From an uncultured Desulfovibrionaceae bacterium (GTDB lineage Bacteria; Desulfobacterota; Desulfovibrionia; Desulfovibrionales; Desulfovibrionaceae), in contig CAYJHH010000001.1 of the NCBI GenBank assembly GCA_964369995.1, positions 3,048 through 67,047 of the forward strand: 64,000 nt of DNA. Reading direction: 5' to 3'. A model generated the notes under the pieces. The model saw only the letters and a list, made by a program, of their open reading frames with translations. It was not told the DNA's origin and ran no database searches. The position numbers and the translations under genes are program-made. Within the stretch, counting starts at the first letter, position 1. Every line of letters starts with the position of its first letter. Below are positions 13,818-23,940 of this stretch, piece by piece.

Positions 13818-16034
13818 CTATGCCCTCACTACTATATGTTCCCAGTTCTGCATACTTTCATAACCGCCACGCACTGCCCAAAGTTCTATTTTTACAGAAT
13901 TATTATATCTATACTCTGGCACATCAGGGTCTACAGGTTCAGTAACAGGAATCATACAATCCTCTTTTTCTGTTGCCCACACGTAAGAATTTTCAGTAAT
14001 GCCCTCTACGGTTTTTTTTAGTAGTCCGTCTTCACCGTAAAGCTTTACTGTATAAGTCGTTCCTTCTTCCGGTCCGATGTCTGGTTCATCTTGCGCAATA
14101 ACTACATCTAATTGTTCCAAGCGGTCACGGTGATACCAATCAAGGCGCAATTCGCCTTCAATACTTTCTGGTAAATACTCGCCATTTACTTGCAAATATG
14201 CAGGAGGGAATGGCCTATACGCTCTGGCCACCATAAGCGTATCCACAACATCGGCTTGCGTAGGCGTGGATGTACCAAGGCTGTTCACTGTAGATAAAGC
14301 AATCTGTGCCGTAGCACCCTCAGTGAATCGTTCAGAGCAAAAGCCGCCTTTATCAGCTTCCCCAAGCCATATGCGTGTGGCTTGAGCATGCTCTTGCGGA
14401 AGCGTATCTAGTACGCCACGCCATACCGTGATACTTTCTTCTGTGGTGGACTCCACAGCCATAATTTCATCGCCCACAAAAAGCAGGTCGTCCACTTCAA
14501 GGGCAAATCCAGACAAATTATATGTTTGCAGTACCGTGTCTTTTTTGCCCACAGGTTCTTTAAGTATGGCGTAATCTCCAAAAACACCTTGCCCTGCCTC
14601 AGTGAATTTTTCACCGTTCCACACATTATGCACATAGTAATGGTCAAGAGCCCCATTCTTTTTGGCAAAACTTCCTACAAAGCCTGCATGGGGATACTGC
14701 GCAAAATCTGTTAAAGAGAAATCTGCCAGACTCACGGCTAAGGCCAAAGGTAACTCTTGAGATGTAAAAGCGTAGGGTGTTTCCGGTGCATCATAAGGGT
14801 CTTCCCATTGCGAGCTTCCGCTTCCTGTGTTCACACTAGACAAAGGCGCTCCATAAATATCTTCTGTGCAAGAAAAGGTAGCCATATGGTCATCCAATGT
14901 GCCGAAATCAGCATCTAGCACACGGCTCACTATGCGTGTATACCCTTCCTCGGAGAACTCAAGAACAAATAAATCACCTTGGTCAAGCTCCAAAAGCTTT
15001 GGTGAATACCCTTTGAGCGTATAGGCTTTAAGAGGGTAGCTTCTTGCTCGTAAATCCCGTGCCAATATGCGCCCCGCAAGGTCGGGAATGGCATTGGTGA
15101 CGTGATTATACTGCTCTGTGGCAGAAGATATAACACCGCCCTGCAAATCTATATTAGCGGTATTTTGCGCTGTTATAGTTGCGGTCTCCTCTCCTACATC
15201 TGTAAGGCGTGCATATTGGACAGTAAGCTGATTAACCGTGCTATCCAGTGATATACTACCAAGGCTAGACAGCTCAGAAAAATCATCTGCCGTTATGACA
15301 GGCAAAGTGTCCACATTATACCCACCACGATACAGCTTAATTTGAAAAAGCCCAGTGGTACGGTTGCGCACAAGTGCTCCATCAATGGTCTTTAAAATGC
15401 TGCTTATAAACTCTTGCGCCTTAGTGCTAGATTCCCATTTGGGCGATAGTCCAAAGTTTTCATTATATAAGGTATCTGCCGCCGCTTTAAAGCTGGCATC
15501 GTCAATATCTGCCGCCGTGTACTGGCCTGACAAATTAGCATCTGTAAGCGTTTGGTAAATGACGTGAATCGGGTTTACCTGCGTCCCTGCAATAAGTCCC
15601 TTTGCAGAATACCAGTCAAATCCCAAGTTTTGCATGCCAAGATATAACTGCCTAAACTGAGCAGAAAAAGAAGCTACATACGTGCTCGCCATGCTAAGTG
15701 TAGTTACCCCTCTAAATGCAGGCGTATGAGCTCCTAAATATTGATACATTACAGGATTAGGCACTTGGTGTGCATTTCCGTCATTTATGTAGAATTGACC
15801 TCTAAGCCCCCCACTGCCACCTACCGCAGAGCCGCCATAAAGCCCGGGATTATTCACGTATACACCGGATCCATTAGTGGACACATTTCCACTCCAAGCC
15901 ACCCGCTCGCCATAAATAATTTTAATGAGATTTGTAGCCTTTACGCATACGCCAAAAATACCTGCCATGAAGTACTCATAGCCAACGGTTTGGGGCTGTG
16001 AACTTCCACCACCACCCTTTCCGCCACCTCCCAT
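13818..16034 (-). CDS. Host-specificity / tip attachment protein (gpJ / GTA g15-like)
   Basis: 738 aa and the last large gene of the tail module. It has the Gly-rich N-terminus MGGGGKGGGGSSQPQ typical of this family, and sits after the DUF2163/BR0599 protein. Confidence 0.65.
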   Translation of the reverse strand: MGGGGKGGGGSSQPQTVGYEYFMAGIFGVCVKATNLIKIIYGERVAWSGNVSTNGSGVYVNNPGLYGGSAVGGSGGLRGQFYINDGNAHQVPNPVMYQYLGAHTPAFRGVTTLSMASTYVASFSAQFRQLYLGMQNLGFDWYSAKGLIAGTQVNPIHVIYQTLTDANLSGQYTAADIDDASFKAAADTLYNENFGLSPKWESSTKAQEFISSILKTIDGALVRNRTTGLFQIKLYRGGYNVDTLPVITADDFSELSSLGSISLDSTVNQLTVQYARLTDVGEETATITAQNTANIDLQGGVISSATEQYNHVTNAIPDLAGRILARDLRARSYPLKAYTLKGYSPKLLELDQGDLFVLEFSEEGYTRIVSRVLDADFGTLDDHMATFSCTEDIYGAPLSSVNTGSGSSQWEDPYDAPETPYAFTSQELPLALAVSLADFSLTDFAQYPHAGFVGSFAKKNGALDHYYVHNVWNGEKFTEAGQGVFGDYAILKEPVGKKDTVLQTYNLSGFALEVDDLLFVGDEIMAVESTTEESITVWRGVLDTLPQEHAQATRIWLGEADKGGFCSERFTEGATAQIALSTVNSLGTSTPTQADVVDTLMVARAYRPFPPAYLQVNGEYLPESIEGELRLDWYHRDRLEQLDVVIAQDEPDIGPEEGTTYTVKLYGEDGLLKKTVEGITENSYVWATEKEDCMIPVTEPVDPDVPEYRYNNSVKIELWAVRGGYESMQNWEHIVVRA

Positions 16035-16246
16035 TACGAACCTTCCTTTACACGCTCTCGTGCGTTTTTAGCCGCCACTTTGCCCATGAGTTGACCAGTG
16101 GCTTCTAATTCTTCTGCCGTTACTTCGCCCCTTTTAAGCCGCTCCATACAAATGCCAGTTCTGGCACAAAAACGTTCAATGCCAGATACACAATGCACAT
16201 GCTTTTTGTGCCTTACATCGCACATTTTTACATATACTTCGCTCAT
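16034..16246 (-). CDS. Small Cys/His-rich tail-module protein (70 aa)
   Basis: ORF abutting the host-specificity gene (stop and start adjacent). Its Cys/His residues are MCDVRHKKHVHC...FCARTGIC. No family recognised. Confidence 0.45.
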   Translation of the reverse strand: MSEVYVKMCDVRHKKHVHCVSGIERFCARTGICMERLKRGEVTAEELEATGQLMGKVAAKNARERVKEGS

Positions 16247-16256
16247 GACGCACCTC

Positions 16257-16493
16257 CTACATCCTTATGGGATTATTGCCTGTGGGCGTCCACCAAACAC
16301 AATTCACAGGCAGTATGCGTGTCCCCCAAAAGTAGATTATTTCGCCGCCTTCTTCGGCTGTAGACACATCGAGTTCGCCAGCCTCTGGAGTGGCAGATTT
16401 TGATTGCGAAATAGCTGGTGTTATCAAATACGCTACCACAGAAAATACTAAAGAGATTGCCAATGATATAAGAAAAGACCATAAAAAAGCCAT
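16257..16493 (-). CDS. Small membrane-anchored tail-module protein (78 aa)
   Basis: N-terminal TM helix FLWSFLISLAISLVFSVVAYLI. Tightly packed between tail genes. Confidence 0.45.
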   Translation of the reverse strand: MAFLWSFLISLAISLVFSVVAYLITPAISQSKSATPEAGELDVSTAEEGGEIIYFWGTRILPVNCVWWTPTGNNPIRM

Positions 16494-16495
16494 AA

Positions 16496-17305
16496 TTACC
16501 CCACAGTAGATGTAAAAGGGTCATTGGAAGGAAGCCAAGGAAAGCCCCCATAGTTCAAGTGATTACCAAAAATTCCGATACATGTTTCAAAAGACTTGTT
16601 ACAACCTTTTATAATGGTCACCACATCACCACTGGTTACAGCAAAAGAGCGTTCAAGGGTTATGGTGTTACCTTCCGCAGAAGTAATAAATCTTCGTGAG
16701 CCATCTGCCTTAACCATCTGCCCACCAATAAAATGAGACGCGTCTGCAGGCATGGAAGGCACTTCTATGGTGTATCCGTTTATATTATTCCCAAGTAACA
16801 CACTAAAGCTGTTTGCCGCCTGAGACGCGCCGCACAAGGGCGAAAAAAGCTTATGTGGGCATGTCACTTGATAGCGCCTTGTGAGCCCTGCACGCTCCAT
16901 GAGGACGACAGGGGTTTCGCAAGACAGTTCACAAGAATAATCCGTGCCAGAATAGTTATAAGACGCCCCGCGCACCAAGCCTTGCCACACAGGTGTATAA
17001 TTACGTGTGCGGAAAGAACCACGGTACACAGTGAGAGTAGTCGGAAATTCTGGCCTGCCATCCTTCCATTTATCTGTGAAAGGCGTGGCGGCAAACATGG
17101 TTACAGACAGCACATCTTTCACAAAGTCTTCTGAGTATTTGAGGTTTGTGCGTGAAATGTACATAGGCTCATACACAAGACCTTCATGCTGATAATTTTC
17201 ACTCACATCGGCGGCGGCGTAGCAAAAAATCTCTTCGCCGCAGGTGAATTTGTACAGCTCAATAACTGCATCACCGAAAAAATACTCCCACACGCTTCTA
17301 ATCAT
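16496..17305 (-). CDS. Distal tail protein, DUF2163 + Phage_BR0599 (GTA g13-like)
   Basis: The C-terminal KGCNKSFETCIGIFGNHLNYGGFPWLP matches the BR0599 motif (C.k....C...F.N..NfgGFP.iP). The ATG at 17305 overlaps the upstream TGA (ATGA), so the track start at 17365 is rejected. Confidence 0.7.
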   Translation of the reverse strand: MIRSVWEYFFGDAVIELYKFTCGEEIFCYAAADVSENYQHEGLVYEPMYISRTNLKYSEDFVKDVLSVTMFAATPFTDKWKDGRPEFPTTLTVYRGSFRTRNYTPVWQGLVRGASYNYSGTDYSCELSCETPVVLMERAGLTRRYQVTCPHKLFSPLCGASQAANSFSVLLGNNINGYTIEVPSMPADASHFIGGQMVKADGSRRFITSAEGNTITLERSFAVTSGDVVTIIKGCNKSFETCIGIFGNHLNYGGFPWLPSNDPFTSTVG

Positions 17306-19512
17306 ACATACAACTCCTGCACGGCAAAGCTTACTGTGGCTTTCCACGTCTTTGTCCACTTCCACTCCACATCATCGCTAGAAAGCCTGAACTGGCTAAA
17401 AAAGGACACTCGCTTAAAGTCTTCGGGGTTAGCGTTTACGCCTAGTGACGTGGTAAAGCGTATTTCTTGCTTGCCATCAAGAGCAGTGAACGTGCGTATT
17501 TTTCGGTAAACAGTAGTCCCATCATTAAGCTGCAACATAACCAAGGCACGAGGGCTTTTGTCAGGTGGTGTAAGCCCAGTATTACCACCCTCCACAATAA
17601 TACTATCTTGGCTTGAGGTCACAGGCTCAAGTATTTTTATATCATGGCGCTTAGAACTTGCCCAAAAAGGACGGATAACACCTTGACGGCGTAGTAGAAA
17701 CTCACGCCAGTATATAATATCATCCAAAGAATTGCATGGCATTGAAACTTGGTAGCTTTGCGTAGCCACAGGCCGCACATGAGCGTAAAAGGGCTTAGAA
17801 AGCCCATTGTCCATAATGACACTTGGCACTTCATAAGTGCGTTGCATGGTACCGCCTTTAGCCACTGGCAAACGCATGTCACACAGCTCCACGCCTTCAT
17901 ATTCTTGACTAGGGTCTGGTATATCCCAGTGCGGTGGCGCTTCGGCGTAAAAATCTACGCTGAACTTAGAATACATGCCTTGCCCATCGCTGCGTGTGGG
18001 GCTGCCTGTCATATTTACGGCATTGGCTGGCATCACAAGGCAAGAGGTCATATCCTGCGTAAATTCACTCTTAACGGTGAGAAAATCGGAGGTGACTTCG
18101 TACACCTCAAAAAATTCAAATTCTTGTGAGTTCTTCCAAGCAATGCCTGTCATGTCCGCTTGCCATCCTCCATAAGCGGTATCACAAAAAATAGTAGTGG
18201 AATCCACCCGAGCAGAGGCTTGCAATTCAAAGCGTGGTAGAATGGATTTAATGCTATACCCCTCGTACAGAATCCGCTCCATTTGTGTAGCGTCTGCACC
18301 TTGCTTAAGCGTGTAAGGTGCATTGAACGTCATACGTGGCACGGTGCGCAAAGCTAAACGGTCTTCATTGTAATTATAGTCTGTGAGCACTTCCGTCTTC
18401 CACTGCCACTTTTCTGTCAAGCCTTGGTCTGGTTTGAAGGATATAACAAGCCCACGCTGACCTGTTATGTAATGAATAAACGCACGGCCAATGGAGGGAA
18501 CATCTAACATTAACCTTGCATTAAGATTAAAAGAACCGCTCATGGACACGTCCACAAGCACGTCTATAGTTTTTCCTGCTTGAAGTGTTACGGTATCGCC
18601 CAAACTATCAAGAACGCCGCTGTAATTTTGACGTATCACATCAGCGGTTATGGTCTGCGCAAAACCGTTTTCTATGGTTAGCGTGTAGGTTGTAGGCGTT
18701 GTGAGTAGCCCTAAATTGACTTCTTGAGGGTCAAAAATAAGGTCTTGTTGCGGCGGCTTACCCACGATGAATTGAACACTTGCCGCTGCTCCGCCCCATT
18801 GCTGAAGCTTGTTGGCGTCTTCTTGCGTACGGCAGTAGACGGTTAAGAGATTGGGGGTACTGTAAAAACAAGTAGTAAACGGAGTGCTAGAGGTTAGTAA
18901 GTCTAAGTTAAACCCTGACAAATCAATAGAAGTTGTTTGGGTGTATATAAACGTCCTCTGAAGGCCAAAATTAGGAACAGGACTTGCTTGCCACCCCCCA
19001 ATCATAAAAGATGTTGCAGGCACTTGGCGAAACGTATTGTCAAAACGTGTAACACTAGACACGTCTATCTTTTCTAGTCCTATTATTGTCACTAAAGCAT
19101 TATTTTCACCTAAAAAATAAGATAAATTGGTCGGTTTTGCTTCTGAAAAAGGGGTTAAGTCTATGCTGCCTAGTGCTTTGACCCCTCTAAAGCATCCTGT
19201 AAAATCTGTACACAAGGACACATCCAAATTAGATATATCTAATTCTGTGCATACGTTGTACCCCCCATAAGAGGTATGATAAAATAAATTGACGCAGTCA
19301 CTGCCGCTCAGCCACCCGACTGGAGCTTCTACAAGGATAGATACGAGAGAGTTGAGTGTGCCGCCGTTAGGTTTTATCGCACTTAAAAAATTTGCTTTTT
19401 GCCCCAAAGAATACGTCAAGTCACTCACACCGCCACTGGTGTAAACCACTCGCATACGAAATTCTGTCACCTCACTCGCCGCTTGGGCATAGACAATAGT
19501 AGAGAAGTCCAT
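17302..19512 (-). CDS. Large distal tail protein with N-terminal BspA/DUF285-like leucine-rich repeats
   Basis: 736 aa between the post-TMP gene and the BR0599 protein. The N-terminal 240 aa show repeats such as DISNLDVSLCTDFTGCFRGVKALGSIDLTPF / IDVSSVTRFDNTFRQ / IDLSGFNLDLLTSSTPFTTCF. Confidence 0.55.
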   Translation of the reverse strand: MDFSTIVYAQAASEVTEFRMRVVYTSGGVSDLTYSLGQKANFLSAIKPNGGTLNSLVSILVEAPVGWLSGSDCVNLFYHTSYGGYNVCTELDISNLDVSLCTDFTGCFRGVKALGSIDLTPFSEAKPTNLSYFLGENNALVTIIGLEKIDVSSVTRFDNTFRQVPATSFMIGGWQASPVPNFGLQRTFIYTQTTSIDLSGFNLDLLTSSTPFTTCFYSTPNLLTVYCRTQEDANKLQQWGGAAASVQFIVGKPPQQDLIFDPQEVNLGLLTTPTTYTLTIENGFAQTITADVIRQNYSGVLDSLGDTVTLQAGKTIDVLVDVSMSGSFNLNARLMLDVPSIGRAFIHYITGQRGLVISFKPDQGLTEKWQWKTEVLTDYNYNEDRLALRTVPRMTFNAPYTLKQGADATQMERILYEGYSIKSILPRFELQASARVDSTTIFCDTAYGGWQADMTGIAWKNSQEFEFFEVYEVTSDFLTVKSEFTQDMTSCLVMPANAVNMTGSPTRSDGQGMYSKFSVDFYAEAPPHWDIPDPSQEYEGVELCDMRLPVAKGGTMQRTYEVPSVIMDNGLSKPFYAHVRPVATQSYQVSMPCNSLDDIIYWREFLLRRQGVIRPFWASSKRHDIKILEPVTSSQDSIIVEGGNTGLTPPDKSPRALVMLQLNDGTTVYRKIRTFTALDGKQEIRFTTSLGVNANPEDFKRVSFFSQFRLSSDDVEWKWTKTWKATVSFAVQELYV

Positions 19513-19515
19513 AGC

Positions 19516-20379
19516 CTAGCCCTCCACTACTCCGCAGAGCCAAGCCTTGCGCATGGTGTTGTATTCCCACAGCACATTATAGTAGGAACCAACTTTTACC
19601 GTAGGAACACGCCCACCGTAGAAAACAGCTGTACCCCAGTCTATAGCTGTTTCTTTTTCTATGTGCATACTTGCACGGATCTTGCTCTCGCCCTCAGCCA
19701 AGGGCATAGGCAAAACAAATTTGATATTGCCATCTACGTTAAGCTGTTCCGCCACATCATAAGCTAGTGACACTTCTTTTGTGGGGATGTGCTCCGGCTC
19801 AACGTAAGGCGGTGGCGTGTCGTCAATAACGCTTACGCCGTTCAATAAAGGCGTTAAGTCAATGGGTCTGCCTTGTTCTTTAGCCAAATCTATTTCTTGC
19901 AATATCTCATTTTGATACGCAAACATAATGTCTAAGAAAAATACAAAATCTGGCGCCCAATCCTGTACAACCTCGTCAAGTTTGGGGTCGTTTCTCTTGA
20001 CTTCCGTTGCAACAATGAAAAGCTTTTCAATATCAGGGCTTGCTTCCATCCACGCTTTTATGGTCGTCCACGTAATAGCCTGTGCTTGTCCTGTTGGGTC
20101 TCCTGAGGCATAGGCTGTGGTAAGAACCTCTACCATGTTCACAAAGGTTTCTTTGGGCATAGACAAAGGCAATGCTTTTTCATGTAAGGTTTCTTGCGGC
20201 GCATAGCCCCACAAATACCATCCATCCTTACCACTCTGTAAATGGTTCAGCTCCCAACCGTCTGCCACCAATTGCGCATGGTTAGCGGTAGAATTGTAAT
20301 TACTCACTGAGCCTAAAGTCTTAGGTGCGTAATCGGTCACTTTTTTGGTTACTGCGTCGTATTTCACATATTGTTGCAT
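19516..20379 (-). CDS. Tail-module protein of unknown function (287 aa)
   Basis: ORF immediately downstream of the tape measure gene. No motif recognised. Confidence 0.5.
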   Translation of the reverse strand: MQQYVKYDAVTKKVTDYAPKTLGSVSNYNSTANHAQLVADGWELNHLQSGKDGWYLWGYAPQETLHEKALPLSMPKETFVNMVEVLTTAYASGDPTGQAQAITWTTIKAWMEASPDIEKLFIVATEVKRNDPKLDEVVQDWAPDFVFFLDIMFAYQNEILQEIDLAKEQGRPIDLTPLLNGVSVIDDTPPPYVEPEHIPTKEVSLAYDVAEQLNVDGNIKFVLPMPLAEGESKIRASMHIEKETAIDWGTAVFYGGRVPTVKVGSYYNVLWEYNTMRKAWLCGVVEG

Positions 20380-20384
20380 AGCGT

Positions 20385-23300
20385 TTACCCTCTCCCGCCG
20401 TTAGATATATTCTGCACAGATTGCCTGTTGTTGTTCAGCATGGTCACAAATGTCTTGCCACCTTCGGGGCTCAGTAAGTAGTCCTTTACCTTGCGTTGGT
20501 CGTCCACGAGCACCACACTGGTGCTGCCACCGCTCTGACTTTGCGTGTTCTGCTGAGCGCTAAGCAAGCTAGCAATTTGGTCAAGCTTGGCGCCTAAATT
20601 ACCACTATCCACACGAGAAATAACATTCTCGCCTGTTTGCAATATGGCAGGGCGTTCATCGTAAGACATGGCTGAACTGCTCGACATGTAGCCACCGCTA
20701 TGCAGTCTGGGTGCATTATCAAATGTGGACATAGGCACTGTGCGAGTGGCTGCGCTTGCGCTACCCACTACGCCGCCATCATGGAAAATAAAGCTAGATA
20801 TGCCGCCCAAAGACCCCATGCTACCGCCAGCAATAGAGCTTATGCCGCTACTAAAAACGGAACTTACTCCACCGCCCATACCAAAGCTAAAAGCTCCACC
20901 TATCATGCTAAAAAGCGATTTAATAGCCTGTTGTGTCATCATTTGGATGCCAAGATTAAGCAAATCTTGTAAAAGGGAATTGGTAAAGGTCTTAAAATCT
21001 TGCGCACCGCCCTGCAAAAAGGTCGTGAAGCTACTAGATACCGAATTAATAGCAGAACCAAGGCCATCTTCCATGAGCGAAGCTGTATCTTGTACGTCTT
21101 TTTTTAATGCTAAAAAGCCACGCTCAAGGCCAGAGCTCCAGTCCGTAGCCGTTTGCAATTGTGTAAGATAGGTCATTTGGTTAATATACTCTTGCGGTAT
21201 ACCTGCCAATTTCCATGCCTCTGCTTGTGCAGCTATGGCCTGATTTTGCAAGCTTATTAACCCGGCGTATTCACCGCCTGCCGCTATGAGCTGCTCATAA
21301 AATTGCAATTGCACATCAAGGTTTTCTTTGGCTTTAGCGTCAGCTTCTTCACTATCCTCTTTTGCCCAAAGCTCACGCTGCGCCGCCGCAGTGGCAAGAA
21401 TCTTTTCTTCATAGGCAGGTAATATTTGCAGTTGCTCATTTATCCATTTAACAAGCTGAGACTCCTCAAAGGCTCGTTCCGTCATGGTGAGCTGGTCATA
21501 CTTTTCATTGAGAGCTTCAAGAGCACGAGCAGCTTCTTCGGCTTTACGCTTGGCTTCAGAGTCCCCACTGCCACCACCGACAAATGTTCTTGGCTTTGTC
21601 TCTTTAGTTTGTGGCGTTGCTGGCAAAGGCCCCATAAATTCACCTGCAGCCAATTCTTGTGCTCTTCTTAATCTCCAAACATCATTTATTGCTCGTGTTA
21701 TATTAGAGAAAAAACCTTCAGAAACCATACTTTTAAGACTTTCCCCAAAGCCCTTGGCTGCTTGGTCTCCGGCTAAAAGCTGCTCAATAAATAAAGCAAT
21801 TTTATTATCAAACTGCTCACTTTCAATGGCGCCATCTTGAAGCTGTGTTACAAGGTTATCAAATGTATCTACATAAATTTGAAGCTCGCTATTAGGATAA
21901 TATAATTCACCTATTCCTTTACCTACATATATACTACGAGACTGGCTTTTTACATATTCATCTACAGCATTGGTAGCTAACTCCCATTGAGCCACAGCAG
22001 ACTCCACAGCTTTACTTTCCGCCAACTCCAATTGCAATTTTGCAGCTGCCCCAAGCTCTCCAGAAAAATTATTTGCTGCTTTGGTGCTAGCATCCAGCGC
22101 AGTGGCCACGCCACGCTGCGCTTCATCAAGTAGCCTTGCCGCTCTTTCGGCTTCACTTTCCCGTGTGGCAAGGTAAGCCATCCCGGCGCCTAACGCTGTA
22201 ACAGCTACCCCAACAGGGCCGCCAAAAGCAGAAAGTAAGCTTGCCCCTGCGCCTTTAGCCAGCGTTGCCACTCTGCTCATGGTGGTGGAAGTTTGCATAA
22301 CCACGCCACCAAAGGTGCTATACTGCGCCCCAAGAGTACCAAGTTGCAAGCCTGCCAGCTTTTTGGTGGCAATAAGCGTGGTTAAAGCCGTACCAAAAAT
22401 AAGAGCATTATTAGATGCATCATGAAAGTTTTTGTTCAAATGGGTTAAGCTGGCATTTAAAATATCAAGCCCGCTAGACTCAATACCTCTAAAATTCTCC
22501 CCGGCACGTATGCTTAAATTAGCAAAATTACTGGCTAAGGTACTGTATTGTGCTTCACGAATTTCTGTATAGCCGCTAAAGGCATTATCAAGCGCATCAT
22601 TGGTATTTTTAATTTCTTCACCAAAAGCTTGAAGTACAGCAAAATTGTCCTTCATAAGCTTTAAAAAGCCCTGATAGGCTTCTTGTGAGCTAAAGGTTTG
22701 CGCTAAAGATTTTCCTGTTTTTTGTGCGCCTTCTTCTATTTTACGTAAAGCCCCTGCCCAGCCTTCTTCTTGTAAAAGGCTTTCAAAGGATACAATGCCC
22801 ATGGCATCATACGCTTCTTGCAAATCTTTGGCAGGCTTTGCCAGCTCACTCATAAGCGAGCGTAAACGTGTGGACGCCTCACTGGCAGAGCCGGAAGTTT
22901 GCGTGATAAGCGCCATGGATCCGGCAAGGTCGTAATATTCTACCCCAAGAGATTTTGCCATGCCGGCAAGGTCACCCATGAGCGGCGCAAGCTCACGCAC
23001 ATTGGTCATGCCCAGCTTTTCCGTAGTGAAGAACATATTAGACGCCGTGGCTGCATCTAACACATCATGGCCATAGGCATTCATCACCTTGCCAAGGGCA
23101 TTCACCGCCGTGGCTTGCTCTACCCCTGCAGCCTTCGCCGTTTGCGAGGCCACCACAAGCATTTCCATAGCTTTCACAGGGTCGGTAATGCCTGCAGAAA
23201 TAATTTGATAATACCCCGTGGTAAGTTCCGTGGCAGAACCAAGCTCCGCAGGTATTTCCATCATTTTCTTTTTAATTTCTGCCGTGGCCTGATCAGTAAC

Positions 23301-23585
23301 CTTGGTGGTTTCCCAAAGGGCTTTTTCAAAATTACCAAATTCCTGCAAAGATGCCGTGGCAGATATACCACCAAGCACGCCGCCGGCAGCGGCAAAAAGG
23401 TCACCGCCGCCCAGCGCTCCACCCAGAGCACCACTCAGAGCACCACCAATGCCGGTAAGGGCTTTATCTAGCGTTCCAATCTCTTGCCCTAAAGCCTTAG
23501 AGCTTTGCGCCACCTGCCTAAACGCAGAAGAAGCCCTATCAGTAGCGGATATGGTCATGGTATATTGACTGCTTTTACTACTCAT
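20385..23585 (-). CDS. Tail tape measure protein
   Basis: 1066 aa, Ala/Gly/Gln-rich and helical. It follows the G/GT chaperone pair. The N-terminal core (ELTTGYYQIISAG...) resembles the TP901-type tape measure region, and Gly-rich TM-like segments occur near the C-terminus. Confidence 0.85.
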   Translation of the reverse strand: MSSKSSQYTMTISATDRASSAFRQVAQSSKALGQEIGTLDKALTGIGGALSGALGGALGGGDLFAAAGGVLGGISATASLQEFGNFEKALWETTKVTDQATAEIKKKMMEIPAELGSATELTTGYYQIISAGITDPVKAMEMLVVASQTAKAAGVEQATAVNALGKVMNAYGHDVLDAATASNMFFTTEKLGMTNVRELAPLMGDLAGMAKSLGVEYYDLAGSMALITQTSGSASEASTRLRSLMSELAKPAKDLQEAYDAMGIVSFESLLQEEGWAGALRKIEEGAQKTGKSLAQTFSSQEAYQGFLKLMKDNFAVLQAFGEEIKNTNDALDNAFSGYTEIREAQYSTLASNFANLSIRAGENFRGIESSGLDILNASLTHLNKNFHDASNNALIFGTALTTLIATKKLAGLQLGTLGAQYSTFGGVVMQTSTTMSRVATLAKGAGASLLSAFGGPVGVAVTALGAGMAYLATRESEAERAARLLDEAQRGVATALDASTKAANNFSGELGAAAKLQLELAESKAVESAVAQWELATNAVDEYVKSQSRSIYVGKGIGELYYPNSELQIYVDTFDNLVTQLQDGAIESEQFDNKIALFIEQLLAGDQAAKGFGESLKSMVSEGFFSNITRAINDVWRLRRAQELAAGEFMGPLPATPQTKETKPRTFVGGGSGDSEAKRKAEEAARALEALNEKYDQLTMTERAFEESQLVKWINEQLQILPAYEEKILATAAAQRELWAKEDSEEADAKAKENLDVQLQFYEQLIAAGGEYAGLISLQNQAIAAQAEAWKLAGIPQEYINQMTYLTQLQTATDWSSGLERGFLALKKDVQDTASLMEDGLGSAINSVSSSFTTFLQGGAQDFKTFTNSLLQDLLNLGIQMMTQQAIKSLFSMIGGAFSFGMGGGVSSVFSSGISSIAGGSMGSLGGISSFIFHDGGVVGSASAATRTVPMSTFDNAPRLHSGGYMSSSSAMSYDERPAILQTGENVISRVDSGNLGAKLDQIASLLSAQQNTQSQSGGSTSVVLVDDQRKVKDYLLSPEGGKTFVTMLNNNRQSVQNISNGGRG

Positions 23586-23595
23586 AAGGGCTTCC

Positions 23596-23940
23596 TCATT
23601 TTATCTTATTTTTACTATGCTGCAAGACTAAGGTTTCACGCTCCAAAGCTTGTATTTTTACAAAAAGCTCTTGCGTAACTTCAATGTTATATATGTTTGC
23701 CACCGCAAGCACGGCAGGATAATCTAACCCCACAAGGCTCATGCCCACACGCCACTGCGTTTGCACAAGACACCAAAGTTTCCACGCACTAGAATTTTCA
23801 GCCAACAGCTGTGGCGGGTTATTTTCGCAAGCGGCGCATTCAAGTTTTTTTCTTTTACGCTGCGCATTCTTGCGGCACAGCTCACAATGTTCTATTTTTT
23901 CCTTATGGCCATAGTAACGACCATAAGCTAGGAGTTTCCC
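23596..23940 (-). CDS. gpT-like -1 frame extension of the tail assembly chaperone (made as a G-T fusion)
   Basis: The -1 frame is open from GGG at 23940 (right after a TGA) to the stop at 23596. Hand translation gives GKLLAYGRYYGHKEKIEHCELCRKNAQRKRKKLECAACENNPPQLLAENSS..., joining the track ORF 23596-23805. Confidence 0.7.
   Translation of the reverse strand, partial: GKLLAYGRYYGHKEKIEHCELCRKNAQRKRKKLECAACENNPPQLLAENSSAWKLWCLVQTQWRVGMSLVGLDYPAVLAVANIYNIEVTQELFVKIQALERETLVLQHSKNKIK

Noticed and set aside
13818-16034. Poly-Gly start (MGGGGKGGGGSS) of the host-specificity protein, considered as a possible slippage or phase-variation tract
   Set aside because: At the DNA level the tract uses mixed Gly codons (gga ggt ggc gga aag ggt ggt ggt gga) and is not a homopolymer. 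Gly-rich N-termini are normal for this tail protein family.
20700-23568. Multiple 80-150-aa + strand ORFs (e.g. 20725-21171, 21484-21840, 23067-23471)
   Set aside because: All are antisense to the 1066-aa tape measure gene. Their Ala/Pro/Ser-rich translations mirror the Ala/Gly-rich sense frame, and none has a start context.
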